Below, one piece after another: positions 50,550-60,612 of a stretch of DNA of 64,000 nucleotides (position 1 is the stretch's first letter; each line of letters begins with the position of its first letter). Both the position numbers and the translations under genes were made by a program. Source of the DNA: Phormidium sp. (GTDB lineage Bacteria; Cyanobacteriota; Cyanobacteriia; Cyanobacteriales; Aerosakkonemataceae); assembly GCA_051013385.1 (NCBI GenBank), contig CP143273.1:1024001-1088000 (forward strand), in the 5' to 3' direction. The notes under the pieces are model-generated. The model was not told the origin of the DNA. It saw only the letters and a list, made by a program, of their open reading frames with translations, and ran no database searches.

Positions 50550-50966
50550 CTATTGCCTTAAATAAAAAGGATATACCAAACTACGAACATCAGGGCTATT
50601 TTTAGGTTGATAAATAATTTCAACATCCACTTTTCCCCTGATCGGATCAGGGTCAGTACGCACTTCTTTTAAAATAATCCGAGGTTCCCACATTTGCAGC
50701 GCATCTTCGATATAAAGACGGATCATTAGTAAAGTTTGAATACTCATCGATTCAAAAGCCAACTCCGATAAACGGGAACCAAAATCGGGTCGATAAACCC
50801 GTTCTCCTAAACCAGTTCTGAGAATGATAATTATTGATTCTTCAATGCTTTGAGTATCCGAACTCAATTCGATACTACCTTGGACATTGATTTGCAGAGG
50901 AAATGTTAATCCTGTCCCAGTGTAAGTGTAGTCTTCTTCTGAATAAGAGTAATCTTCTTCAAGCAT
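50550..50966 (-). CDS. GPW/gp25 (Afp9-like) sheath initiator
   Basis: ILRTGLGERVYRPDFGSRL…WEPRI…LVYPFY. Confidence 0.92.
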   Translation of the reverse strand: MLEEDYSYSEEDYTYTGTGLTFPLQINVQGSIELSSDTQSIEESIIIILRTGLGERVYRPDFGSRLSELAFESMSIQTLLMIRLYIEDALQMWEPRIILKEVRTDPDPIRGKVDVEIIYQPKNSPDVRSLVYPFYLRQ

Positions 50967-51008
50967 AAAGGTTGTTTTTCCTTAAACAAATTGATGAATA
51001 TATATTGC

Positions 51009-51506
51009 TTAACCACCAATTAATACAGTCAAACAACCCCGTATAATTTTATTTGGTGGGCCAAGTGCTTCCAAGATCGTATCCCCTTGGCGACACCCAG
51101 GTAAGCCATTAATTAATACTGTATTGCTGCCATCAATAACAACACCAGGGCCATGTGGAGGAATCGGCAAAGGTGTAGAGCAATTATGAATGTCTGCGCC
51201 AGCAGCACTGCTAATAATCATATTACTCATGGTTATTGATGAGGTAATCTTCGTCGTTTGTTCAGTAATTTCTGTTGCTGGCTGTGCTGGTGTTCCTTTT
51301 GCTGCTATGTTAGCTGCTTCTGCTGCTCGAATAGCTATATCAGAACTTTGTTTCGCTGATTGAATAGCTGCAACCGCTGCTTTTCGTATTCCGCGCCAAG
51401 CTGGTAAGTTGCCTATAAATACATTAGGGCTACCCGGTCCTCCAGTTAAGATTTGTGGCAAAGGATGGGCTACAGAATCGGTAATTCTTGCTGCTGGTCT
51501 TCCCAT
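51009..51506 (-). CDS. PAAR spike-tip protein with Ala-rich insertion
   Basis: PAARITD, GSPNVFIG, GSNTVLING…RQGD, GCLTVLIGG. Confidence 0.9.
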   Translation of the reverse strand: MGRPAARITDSVAHPLPQILTGGPGSPNVFIGNLPAWRGIRKAAVAAIQSAKQSSDIAIRAAEAANIAAKGTPAQPATEITEQTTKITSSITMSNMIISSAAGADIHNCSTPLPIPPHGPGVVIDGSNTVLINGLPGCRQGDTILEALGPPNKIIRGCLTVLIGG

Positions 51507-51524
51507 ACAAACATTCCTTTATTG

Positions 51525-53258
51525 TTAGTTAAGTTTAATCATGCTGCCTTTAACAGTAATTGTTCCGCTAGCTTTGATGTCGATCGTAGTTTTTGCTTCT
51601 ATAGTAATGCTGCCGATCGAAATCATATTAATACTAGGATTTGCATCATCTAATTTTAATGAATGTCCTCTTGCTGTTTTAACTTCAACATATTTTTGGC
51701 TATCATTTAGATGTAATTTATGACCTCCTGCTGTCTCAATATAAACTCCTTTTTTGCTACTACCTAGATCTTCTTCAACAAACTGAATTTGATGCCCAAC
51801 TCTAGTTTTAAATGTTCGCAGCCTTACTAAGCCTTTGTTAACATCATTTTTTACTGGGTTTGGTGGCTTATCTTTACCATTCCACACTCCACCGATGACA
51901 TAAGGACGATGAATGTCACCATGTTCAAAAGCTACTAAAACTTCATCATTTATCTCTGGTAAACAATCAAATCCTCGATCCTTTCCTGCTCCAATTGCTA
52001 CTACTCTCGCCCAATTACTGTCATGCTCTTCTGTTAAAGTAGGAAACTTAACTTTAACCCGTCCTAACCCTTCTTTATCATTATTATCAGTAACAATTCC
52101 CACTAATAAAGTTTGTCCTGGTAAAAGATGATTTGCAGGAGAAAGCGTTGTTAAAATATCACCGCCCCGTAAACCTCGTACACTGAATTCGGTCATGTAC
52201 ACTCGCTCAATGTAAGTGTGACGAGTCTCAGTGATGTAATATTCACCGCTATGCGATCCCATCTCTTTCAGTTCAACTACACGCCCTGGTTGAATTTCAG
52301 CATTTCCTTCAGCTTTGGCATCCGCATAAATAAATTGTCCCCCTAGTTCATCGCACAAAGCTTGAGCCATTATATCCGCTTCTTTAGTATTAAAAATGGG
52401 CTGATCCACTACTATCATTTTTGGATTAGTTGGCTGGCCTTTAAATTTATTACTAGTCTTGCTACCTTGACCATTCTGAGTTTTAGTTATCACATTTTCT
52501 TGGTTTTTTCTAGATACAATTGGTTTTTTCTGGCTATAATCCCAAGCTCGTACTTCGACTTCTTTAACTTGTTCTGCGCTGCTAACTCGCACTCGGAAGC
52601 TGTGCATATCTGTTAACCATCTGAGGGTTAATTTTTTCTGTGGCTCAGCTTTAGGCTTACGAAAATTCAGTTTGCCATCTTGAATAAAAAGTTCAAAACC
52701 AATCCTTGCTGCGCGTTGCCGAAGGAACTCCATATTAGTTTGATTTTGTTGAAAAATGTAGTCATGGTCAACCCCACTCGGATCGATTGTGCCAATTGGT
52801 ATCTTAACTTCAGTTACAATTTTTTTAACAATATTGCTGTCAGTTATATTTTGAAAAGAACGGTTATGCCTTCCCCGATACAGGCGATGACTGATATCAT
52901 ATCCCCTGATTATCATCGGCGCTTGAGAATGTTCGTTAAAGAAAGCTTCAATTGCTGTAATTTCACCTTCTATAGTGTAATCTTGATTGCTTTCATCATA
53001 ATCTGGAGATTCGGTTGTGCTGGAAATAAAACCTATTTTGACAGTTTTGCCAATTTGTAATAAATCCTTATAGCGCCAAGGTTCATCTTTTAGTGGGCTT
53101 TGACCAGGAAAATAATCATTTTGAATTACCAAAGTAAACATTCCAGGAATATGCAAACTCTCTTCCACAATTATCTGAAGAATATCATTCATTAAATCCG
53201 AAGAAGCTGGTTTGCCATCTATTTGTAATATTGGTAGAGCACGGTAATTACCAGTCAT
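51525..53258 (-). CDS. VgrG/Afp8-like hub-spike protein
   Basis: QQNQTNMEFL, GRVKVKFP…WARV, LPEINDEVLVAFEHGD…PYVIGGVWNG. Confidence 0.92.
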   Translation of the reverse strand: MTGNYRALPILQIDGKPASSDLMNDILQIIVEESLHIPGMFTLVIQNDYFPGQSPLKDEPWRYKDLLQIGKTVKIGFISSTTESPDYDESNQDYTIEGEITAIEAFFNEHSQAPMIIRGYDISHRLYRGRHNRSFQNITDSNIVKKIVTEVKIPIGTIDPSGVDHDYIFQQNQTNMEFLRQRAARIGFELFIQDGKLNFRKPKAEPQKKLTLRWLTDMHSFRVRVSSAEQVKEVEVRAWDYSQKKPIVSRKNQENVITKTQNGQGSKTSNKFKGQPTNPKMIVVDQPIFNTKEADIMAQALCDELGGQFIYADAKAEGNAEIQPGRVVELKEMGSHSGEYYITETRHTYIERVYMTEFSVRGLRGGDILTTLSPANHLLPGQTLLVGIVTDNNDKEGLGRVKVKFPTLTEEHDSNWARVVAIGAGKDRGFDCLPEINDEVLVAFEHGDIHRPYVIGGVWNGKDKPPNPVKNDVNKGLVRLRTFKTRVGHQIQFVEEDLGSSKKGVYIETAGGHKLHLNDSQKYVEVKTARGHSLKLDDANPSINMISIGSITIEAKTTIDIKASGTITVKGSMIKLN

Positions 53259-53304
53259 AAGTTATGCGTGTTTAGTAATTGATTAAAAAAAATAATGCGG
53301 AGTT

Positions 53305-54039
53305 TTAACGCTTTGAAGCACGGGAAGAAGTTTTCCCTTTTGAAGTCGAAGAAGTTTTTGTGCTTTTTGAAGCTTGGGGAGATTTTTTGCCAGCCGTTTT
53401 ACGATTCATATTATCTCCTTGACGTTGTTTTGAAGTGGGATTCTTGGCATTTACAGAAGCGTTTGGTTGGGGTTCATCAGCTTCTTTAAGAGTCAGGCTG
53501 TTGATAACAGCACGCACTGGAGTTCCATCAGATAAAAACATAGTGAGCTTGTAAGAAAGTTTTTTTATAAAACAACACCGAAAATGAACTCTTGAACCCC
53601 AGATGAATTTGTAAATAGGCACGCGCTCTTTCCCTTTAACAAATTCTACAGATTTCCTGAACTTATCAATATATTCTTTAACAACATCTTTACCATCTTC
53701 ATAGGTGTCAAATAAAATATTGTTAATGGTAATTTCATAAGGCTCTCTATGAGAGAAACTAACTTTTGGTTGTCCTGTATTTTCAGCACGAGCACCACTA
53801 GAATTCGCTGTTTCAACAGCTACATCAAATATTAATTCTGTAGGATTGAACATGAAAACAATAGTTGGTGCTTCATCCGACCTCAACTCTGCTTTAACCA
53901 ACCCTCCTGGTTGATTGGATACAGGTTTAGTTTGATTTGTTTGGGTTTTAACTGACTCTCCTGGCTGATTTGATACAGGTTTAGCTTTAACCGAGCCTCT
54001 TGGCTGATTTGATACAGGTTTAGTTTTGTTCGATGGCAT
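53305..54039 (-). CDS. Afp7-like tube initiator (no LysM)
   Basis: FMFNPTEL, LFDTYE, FIWG, LTMFLSDGTPVRA; three KPVSNQP repeats; basic tail. Confidence 0.8.
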   Translation of the reverse strand: MPSNKTKPVSNQPRGSVKAKPVSNQPGESVKTQTNQTKPVSNQPGGLVKAELRSDEAPTIVFMFNPTELIFDVAVETANSSGARAENTGQPKVSFSHREPYEITINNILFDTYEDGKDVVKEYIDKFRKSVEFVKGKERVPIYKFIWGSRVHFRCCFIKKLSYKLTMFLSDGTPVRAVINSLTLKEADEPQPNASVNAKNPTSKQRQGDNMNRKTAGKKSPQASKSTKTSSTSKGKTSSRASKR

Positions 54040-54087
54040 AGAACCTCCAAAATATTAAGATTAACTTTATGAGGGTAAACGACCTAC

Positions 54088-55185
54088 CTAATAGCTTCCT
54101 CGACGCTCTCGCTCTATTTCAAAGCGATGCTGAATGAGCCAATAAACTTTCTGCATGAGTTGCTGCAATTTAGTATCTATTGGAAAAGCTACGCCAGAAT
54201 TAAACACTGTTCTTTGTCCATATTTTAATTTATTAAGAGAAGAGTTAACTGTAGAAGGAGTTCTATAAAGTGATGTAATACTGCTTAACCAAATTGGATT
54301 TTCTACTACCTTTATTCCACTCCGTTCTTGAGTAATTTCTAGCCATTTTCGCATTAAAATATAAACTTTTTGAGCAAGAATGTCTAATTGCTCATTATCA
54401 GTAGAATCATTTTTTTCTAATGGCTCTTTTACTAATTCTTGTGAAATATTTGCCTCAATATTTAATTGATCTATATCTAAAATTTCGCCATTAGGAGAAT
54501 CTGAAATTAAAGGAGAAGAGAGAGTATAGGAGAAAGATGATAAGTTTGCAGATTCATTGTCTTCGGTAAACGTATTATTTGCTGTTATAAAACTTTTTCC
54601 CAGCAATTCAGATATACTTGACCATGAAGTTGCTATATTTATAGCATTATCGGGAATTGCATTTGGAACTCGTACAACATTAGATTTATTTTGTATAACT
54701 TGAGGCAAATTAGGTTGAGTACAGATTAATATATCAGACTCTTGCACTAGAGGTTGTGAGAATCCTAAAAATTTAACAGAAAGGCCACTTTCTGTGGTAT
54801 TACTACCATTATTTAAGCCTGATGGATTTTGGAAAGGCAACTCATCTTGAGAAAGTTTAGCTTGAGGATTTGTCGATGAACAATTAGTAACAGATGATTG
54901 CGGAGGAGATAGCAATAAGGGATTTATAGGAGAATTATTCGCGTCTTCTTGTCTGATTGAGCCAGAGATGAACCAAGAATTTGCCATATCTTCATTATCG
55001 AAAGAAGCTTGTGTTAAAGGCGATCGCCAAAACTCACCTAATTGCAAATTTTGTTCCAATGAGTTTAAAGATTGACCTAAAGGAAGCGACGTTTGCAGAG
55101 ACTGAAAGTTTTGTTTTAATGAAATGGATGGATGTAAAGAAGCTTTGAAACCAAGAGGCTTTAAAGACATAATTGTTGCCCTCAA
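54088..55185 (-). CDS. Low-complexity CIS protein with two L.QKVY…ER.G helices (Afp6-like position)
   Basis: LAQKVYILMRKWLEITQERSG and LMQKVYWLIQHRFEIERERRG; sits between the tube and Afp7-like genes. Confidence 0.55.
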   Translation of the reverse strand: MRATIMSLKPLGFKASLHPSISLKQNFQSLQTSLPLGQSLNSLEQNLQLGEFWRSPLTQASFDNEDMANSWFISGSIRQEDANNSPINPLLLSPPQSSVTNCSSTNPQAKLSQDELPFQNPSGLNNGSNTTESGLSVKFLGFSQPLVQESDILICTQPNLPQVIQNKSNVVRVPNAIPDNAINIATSWSSISELLGKSFITANNTFTEDNESANLSSFSYTLSSPLISDSPNGEILDIDQLNIEANISQELVKEPLEKNDSTDNEQLDILAQKVYILMRKWLEITQERSGIKVVENPIWLSSITSLYRTPSTVNSSLNKLKYGQRTVFNSGVAFPIDTKLQQLMQKVYWLIQHRFEIERERRGSY

Positions 55186-55207
55186 TAAGTTTTATTCCAG
55201 CAAATTA

Positions 55208-55720
55208 TTAGAGAATATAGCCTGATGAATGTCTTCCAGCCGAGAGTTCTTGACTACTACCACCTTTTGATTTAGCTATTTCTAATCCCTCATAAGCTAA
55301 GGTTAATTCCTCGATCGCTATTGTAGTAGAATTTGCTTGTAATGCTGGCGCTCTCCACTCTATCGGTATAGCCGCTTTCAATATCCAGCACTGCATAGTT
55401 TCTCCGGCTTGATTAAACAATAAAATGCTAACGTGGCGACGTTTCTTTTGAGAGTCAGTTAAAGTGTTAGCTACCCAATCCCAAAACGGAAAACTATCAG
55501 TAATACCACGCTTTAGTGTAACATCAGAAAATTCAGCTTGACCTAAAATGACTCGCTGGTAATCATTAACGCCACCTTCAAAATGTGTTTCTTTTTTTAT
55601 TTTGACTCCCAAGCCAGAACACTCACTAAATGAAGCAGCGATTTGTCCTCCAATTTCTACGTAGAAGCGATTGGCTGTAACGTAGTTTAATTCATAAGTA
55701 CCTTGACCGTTTTTAGGCAT
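55208..55720 (-). CDS. Tail tube protein, gp19/Afp5-like
   Basis: RFYVEI…FSECSGL…EGGVND…VTLKRG…IAIEELTLAYEGL. Confidence 0.9.
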   Translation of the reverse strand: MPKNGQGTYELNYVTANRFYVEIGGQIAASFSECSGLGVKIKKETHFEGGVNDYQRVILGQAEFSDVTLKRGITDSFPFWDWVANTLTDSQKKRRHVSILLFNQAGETMQCWILKAAIPIEWRAPALQANSTTIAIEELTLAYEGLEIAKSKGGSSQELSAGRHSSGYIL

Positions 55721-55724
55721 TGTC

Positions 55725-55871
55725 TTACCTCCTAAAGTTTCCTGTGCGACCGCTTTGATTTCTTAAATCTTCCAGCATTAATTCGTACACTTTATCGCTT
55801 AACTTCTGTAATAATGTTGCATCAAAAAGAACTTTATCTATGAATTCCTTAGTCTCATCTTGTTTAGCCAT
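55725..55871 (-). CDS. 48-aa small CIS protein (below ORF-track cutoff)
   Basis: MAKQDETKEFIDKVLFDATLLQKLSDKVYELMLEDLRNQSGRTGNFRR*; fills the operon gap; same KVY helix motif as 54088..55185. Confidence 0.7.
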   Translation of the reverse strand: MAKQDETKEFIDKVLFDATLLQKLSDKVYELMLEDLRNQSGRTGNFRR

Positions 55872-55884
55872 ATCTTTTAAGACT

Positions 55885-58281
55885 TTAATTATTGGTTGGT
55901 AGATTTCTCAACGGTACTAAACCTGATTCACTTAGTAGAAGTTGACCCTCATCAGTTTTTAGTAATTCAGCAAATTTCCTCCCAGGTTCTCCAAGTTTTT
56001 TATCTTTGGGATAAACTACTACTAAGCGGTACATCAACGGATATTTACCTGATTTAAAAGCCTCAACGTTAGGCATATAACTCCCTTTATCACTACATAA
56101 ATTTGTAGTTGGATCTAAAGGTTTTATTTGATTATCAATTTTTTGAACTAAAGGCTGAACTTCCTGATTTTTTTTACCCACAGCTAAAGGGTAGACAGAG
56201 CACTGATTGAAAACTCTACTGAGAAGACCAAAACCAAAAGATACTGTTTGATCATCCTCGAAATCTTTTAATATTGCTCCCAAAATATAAGGAGTATTCG
56301 AATTTATATTTTGTTGATCGCGTAATCTTTGAAACTGCGTTGGTGGTGTTCCGTTGAATACTAACTCCTCAAAATGTTGTATAGTTTTAGAATTATCCAT
56401 TGGCATATAAACTTTGATATCATTTTTTAAACCTTTAGGAATTGACCAATTTTTAATAGCCTGAGTTGTGTAAAGCTCCTGCAATTGTTCAAGGGTAATT
56501 TTTCCATTCAATGCAGTAGGTATACTTTGTTGTCTTTGGTTATCACTAAAAGCTACAAATACCACTAATCCATCATAAGCAACTACTTCTTGTTGCAAAT
56601 CATCCGGTAAATTTTCAACATAAGTAGTAAGAGCAAACTTTGATAAATCAGACTGAACAGATTTGATTACATTTAAATTAGAATCAGGGTCGGGATTAAT
56701 TTTATAATTGGCTAATCGAGAGTCGCGGATTTCTAGTTCTTTTATAAGGTTATTTTTATAAGAAACTAAATGTTTGTTATTCAAAATATAACTCCATATT
56801 CCATCAGGTTCCGTTGCGTACTTAACTAGACCATTAGGAACCTCTTTAACTTCTTTTAAACAACAAACTTCAGGAGAAACTTGGATTATTGGAACAGTAA
56901 TTTTACCTGGGTTCAGTAATCGTAAACTTAACATAATTAGTTGCCAAAAAAACCATACAATTATTCCTAAAACAGCATAATTTAATAATATTTGCCAAGC
57001 TGAATAATTTTTAATTTCTTCTTCCGTTACTGGACTAACCTTTGATAAGATTTTCGGTTCAATTATTTGGGGTATTAAAAGTGCCTGACGAGCCTCAAAA
57101 GCCGTTTTAAACGGTTGGGCTATTCCTAAAAGACGATAAATAAAATTTTTGAGTGCAATATCGTTAATATCAGGCCAATGTTGTTCAAATTTAGGGTCAA
57201 GAGGTTGATTGAAAATCGGGTCTACTGTTCCTCCTGATAATAAATAAAAACTGATATATCCCAAGTCTTTTAAATCTTTATCAACTGAATAGCCGACTGC
57301 TTTAAAAGTTGGTGGCTGAAACAAGTTTTCCCAAATAACTAAATCGGTCAAGTAGATAAAAAATTGCGGTTCGTTGAGTACAGATGCTTGTGTGTTGATG
57401 CCAATTAAAATGCTATCGAGGCTCAGATTACCATGAGGTAAACCTTGACGTATTTCATCATGAGAAATTGGCAATCTTTGAGTGTGAAGAAACCAAAGAC
57501 TTTGCAATACTTGGTATAATACTTGGCGCAGCTGATGGGTATTTATAGCTCCATTATTAGCTAAGTAATTTCTTAATGTTGAGCTATTATTCGGAGGGGG
57601 TTCAAAGATAAGGTAACAGCGTTTTTCGGTTGGTGGTGCGATCACATCCCAAGGACTAATCAAACGAAAATCCTGTCCTCCTCCATTTTTTAAATTCAAC
57701 GTTGCAATACGCTCAAACTTTTCCTTACGTTCGTTTGCTTCTTTTTGATTAAAGTCTTGTTCAAGTAACAGGAATTCTTTAATCAAAACTGGCTTACTAT
57801 TCAAAACTTGAATACCTTGGTATAAACGCATTCTCTCAGAATCTTTGAGCAAAGCTTCAACTCGGTATCTACCACGACGACCTCCACGAATTTCTCGTTC
57901 TTTTGGTAAAATTGGGATAGCATCTGTACCACGATATTTTCTTTTAGCTAATCGTTCTACTACAGTTGTGTTCAACCCACTTTTTTTTTCAATTATTTTA
58001 CTAGTAACTACATTGGCATCTAAACTCCTAGAATTAACTTCTATTCCTGCATTTTGTTGAGCATTCGTTAACGCTTTGGAAGTAGGGTTATGCGATAATT
58101 CCTCTTGATTAGAACTAATTCCATTTAGAGGAACATCAATATTTTCGTACTCCTGGTGGACGCGACGCATTACTCCCTGGGAGAGATTTTGAAACGGATA
58201 ACGAAAAAAGTTTGTTACTTCCCTAATACTACTATTAAGAGAATTAACTAATTGAGAGAGCTTCACTGCCATTGCTACCAT
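55885..58281 (-). CDS. Ser/Thr pseudokinase - TM - periplasmic-binding-protein-like domain
   Basis: GRYRVE, VLIKE, SLWFLH…PHGNLSLDSILI (no HRD/DFG), TM, VAYDGLVVFV…GKYPL…LLSESGLVPL. Confidence 0.75.
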   Translation of the reverse strand: MVAMAVKLSQLVNSLNSSIREVTNFFRYPFQNLSQGVMRRVHQEYENIDVPLNGISSNQEELSHNPTSKALTNAQQNAGIEVNSRSLDANVVTSKIIEKKSGLNTTVVERLAKRKYRGTDAIPILPKEREIRGGRRGRYRVEALLKDSERMRLYQGIQVLNSKPVLIKEFLLLEQDFNQKEANERKEKFERIATLNLKNGGGQDFRLISPWDVIAPPTEKRCYLIFEPPPNNSSTLRNYLANNGAINTHQLRQVLYQVLQSLWFLHTQRLPISHDEIRQGLPHGNLSLDSILIGINTQASVLNEPQFFIYLTDLVIWENLFQPPTFKAVGYSVDKDLKDLGYISFYLLSGGTVDPIFNQPLDPKFEQHWPDINDIALKNFIYRLLGIAQPFKTAFEARQALLIPQIIEPKILSKVSPVTEEEIKNYSAWQILLNYAVLGIIVWFFWQLIMLSLRLLNPGKITVPIIQVSPEVCCLKEVKEVPNGLVKYATEPDGIWSYILNNKHLVSYKNNLIKELEIRDSRLANYKINPDPDSNLNVIKSVQSDLSKFALTTYVENLPDDLQQEVVAYDGLVVFVAFSDNQRQQSIPTALNGKITLEQLQELYTTQAIKNWSIPKGLKNDIKVYMPMDNSKTIQHFEELVFNGTPPTQFQRLRDQQNINSNTPYILGAILKDFEDDQTVSFGFGLLSRVFNQCSVYPLAVGKKNQEVQPLVQKIDNQIKPLDPTTNLCSDKGSYMPNVEAFKSGKYPLMYRLVVVYPKDKKLGEPGRKFAELLKTDEGQLLLSESGLVPLRNLPTNN

Positions 58282-58305
58282 TAGTAATAATTGGTCATTG
58301 CTAGG

Positions 58306-58647
58306 TTATTGGCTATTTGACAATAGCTTAGTAGTTTCTGTTTCTTGTAATTTTTCCTCCTCTAACTCATTAATTTGACGGTAGAACTGATACAGGTAAT
58401 TAATATCTGCGGCATATAGTTCCTCAATTACTGTTGGAGTGACTTCTTCTAAAGCTCCCAATTTAGTAATTACGCGAGACAAAATAATTATTGTTGAATA
58501 AGCAGGATTTGATTGCACACGGGGGTCACGCAAAGGCTGAATTTCATCGACGGCTTTTGCTAAACGCATTACACCTTTGCGATGTAGATTTCCATTTATA
58601 TCTAAGTAACCTTTGGGTAGATTAAACTCAAACTCTGTTTGAAACAT
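58306..58647 (-). CDS. CIS/phage tail assembly chaperone, copy 2
   Basis: FQTEFEFNLPKGY…LHRKGVMRLAKAVDEI…DINYL. Confidence 0.75.
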   Translation of the reverse strand: MFQTEFEFNLPKGYLDINGNLHRKGVMRLAKAVDEIQPLRDPRVQSNPAYSTIIILSRVITKLGALEEVTPTVIEELYAADINYLYQFYRQINELEEEKLQETETTKLLSNSQ

Positions 58648-58812
58648 GAAGATTTACTGTTGTTGAGTAAACTTTTTGATTGCTATGTAAAGTAGTACGT
58701 TAATTCTGGGTAATTCGGCGATCGGTTCAAGTATGTTTACTAATAATTTTTAGGGTTTTCCGATCGCCAAGCTAACCAAAAATTCCTTTTAGATCGGAAA
58801 TTTAATCAGAAA

Positions 58813-60465
58813 TTATTCTTCGTCTTGAGCATTCCATTGACTGATCCGGAAGATTACAAATTCAGCTGGTCGAACTGGACAAACTCCAACTTCTACATAC
58901 AAACGACCTAAAATCATCGTTTCAACAGTGTTTATAGTTTCATCGCACTTAACATAAAATGCTTGTTCAGGCGATGCTCCAAACAAAGCTCCTTCTCGCC
59001 AAAGGCGTTCCAAAAAATTGCTAACAGTACGACGAACTCTTGCCCACAAATCTTGGTCGTTTGGCTCGAATACAACCCATTGCGTACCTAGTTCGATCGA
59101 CTTTTCTATATAGCTCATCAAACGGCGAACGCTAATATAACGCCATTCGGTTTTTTCTGGTTCTACCAATGTTCTTGCACCCCAAATTTTAATTCCTCGA
59201 TTGGGGAAGGTGCGAATGCAATTAATCCCTCTAGGGTTCAATAATTCCTGTTCCCGAAAGTTGCAATCGTATGATAGACCAATTACGCCGCGTGGAGTTT
59301 CATTTGCTGGTGCTTTGTAAACACCCCGCGTTTCATCTATGCGCGACCAAACACCCATCATGTGACCGCAAGGAGGTATTAAAATTGGTTTGCCGTTATT
59401 GCGGGGATTAGCAACTTTAATCCAGGGATAATAAAGCGCCGCAAACATCGAACGACGACCAAAATCATCTAACCAATTAACTACTTGTTGTGGTTTAATG
59501 CGATCGGGCGGCGTATCCAAAACAACCATACGATTTGGAGGATTAGGTGCAGCATTTTCGCACAAACTAATCATCAATTCCATGATGCCGTGAATTTGGT
59601 CTTCATCGAGCAAACCTGCTTGATATGCCCGCATTAAATCGGGACAAGCAATCATGGTAATTTCATCAATTTCATAAAGCCCTTGGATACCACTGCGATC
59701 GTCCCTTACCCCTTGCACATATCGTGCTAAATTTTCTTGAGTAGGCAATTCTGGAGGTGGGCTAACTTCGTATTGACCATTCAGAGGACGACGGGCTAAA
59801 GGAAGCCCTCTTTGCGTCAGGTCTGCAACAGAGATATACTGAGATTCTTGAACTGCCGTTACTACATAATCTCCGATCTCAGGTTGTACATTCCGATCCA
59901 TTGTCAGGTTCGGATGCCTCTCCAACTCTTGCCCTTCTCGCTTAACAACCAGAGTGAAAAATTCTGCTGGAACTGGTGCAGGAGTATTAGTGTCTTCTGG
60001 AATAGATTTAGGTTCACCAGGCAAAACTTCTACAGTAAGTGAACCGTTGCTTGCTTCTTCTGCTTTGAGAGCGAATTGCAAAGATTCCTTTTTTGCAGGT
60101 GTTTTGATAGTAAGAGCGTTTGATTCGGGGCCTGGTTGGGTAGTTTCCTCTGCTGGTTTGGGCAGTTGAGTGCCAATACTAATTACCCAACAGCGAGCGC
60201 CTCCATTTAAGAACCAACCATTAATAGCAAAAGGTAGATAAGCGTCAAAATCTGTGAAACCATCAGAGTTTTCTTTACCAAAATATTCCAGATATTGATT
60301 CCAAGTAGTTACCAACATTGGCTTACCTATTTCGGCTCCACCGCGTATAGTTTCGGTAAAGCCAATAAAGCCAGCAATATTAGTTTGTACGCCTTCTATT
60401 GGGCGACTACCTCGGTCAATCTCTTCAACATATACACCAGGGGCGAAGTAATCAAGTCTGGGCAT
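58813..60465 (-). CDS. Contractile tail sheath protein
   Basis: APGVYVEE, ALYYPW, RGVYKAPAN, LNPRGINCIR, WGART, VFEPND, PAEFVIFRI. Confidence 0.96.
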   Translation of the reverse strand: MPRLDYFAPGVYVEEIDRGSRPIEGVQTNIAGFIGFTETIRGGAEIGKPMLVTTWNQYLEYFGKENSDGFTDFDAYLPFAINGWFLNGGARCWVISIGTQLPKPAEETTQPGPESNALTIKTPAKKESLQFALKAEEASNGSLTVEVLPGEPKSIPEDTNTPAPVPAEFFTLVVKREGQELERHPNLTMDRNVQPEIGDYVVTAVQESQYISVADLTQRGLPLARRPLNGQYEVSPPPELPTQENLARYVQGVRDDRSGIQGLYEIDEITMIACPDLMRAYQAGLLDEDQIHGIMELMISLCENAAPNPPNRMVVLDTPPDRIKPQQVVNWLDDFGRRSMFAALYYPWIKVANPRNNGKPILIPPCGHMMGVWSRIDETRGVYKAPANETPRGVIGLSYDCNFREQELLNPRGINCIRTFPNRGIKIWGARTLVEPEKTEWRYISVRRLMSYIEKSIELGTQWVVFEPNDQDLWARVRRTVSNFLERLWREGALFGASPEQAFYVKCDETINTVETMILGRLYVEVGVCPVRPAEFVIFRISQWNAQDEE

Positions 60466-60612
60466 AATTTTTTTCCTTGATTTAGAGTTTATGGTGTAAA
60501 TAACAGTTCTGTCAAAGCAAAAATTGTTCGCTTTAAGTCTTCAGACTTTAGTTTGTTAAGCCTCACCTATTTTGCTTTATCTGGATTCACTTTAAGGGCT
60601 TAACTTTGTTTT

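Noticed and set aside
58717..58768. ggcgatcgg…ccgatcgcc inverted repeat after the sheath gene as a terminator
   Set aside because: Short HIP1-like stem with a long loop; such pairings arise readily from HIP1 palindromes
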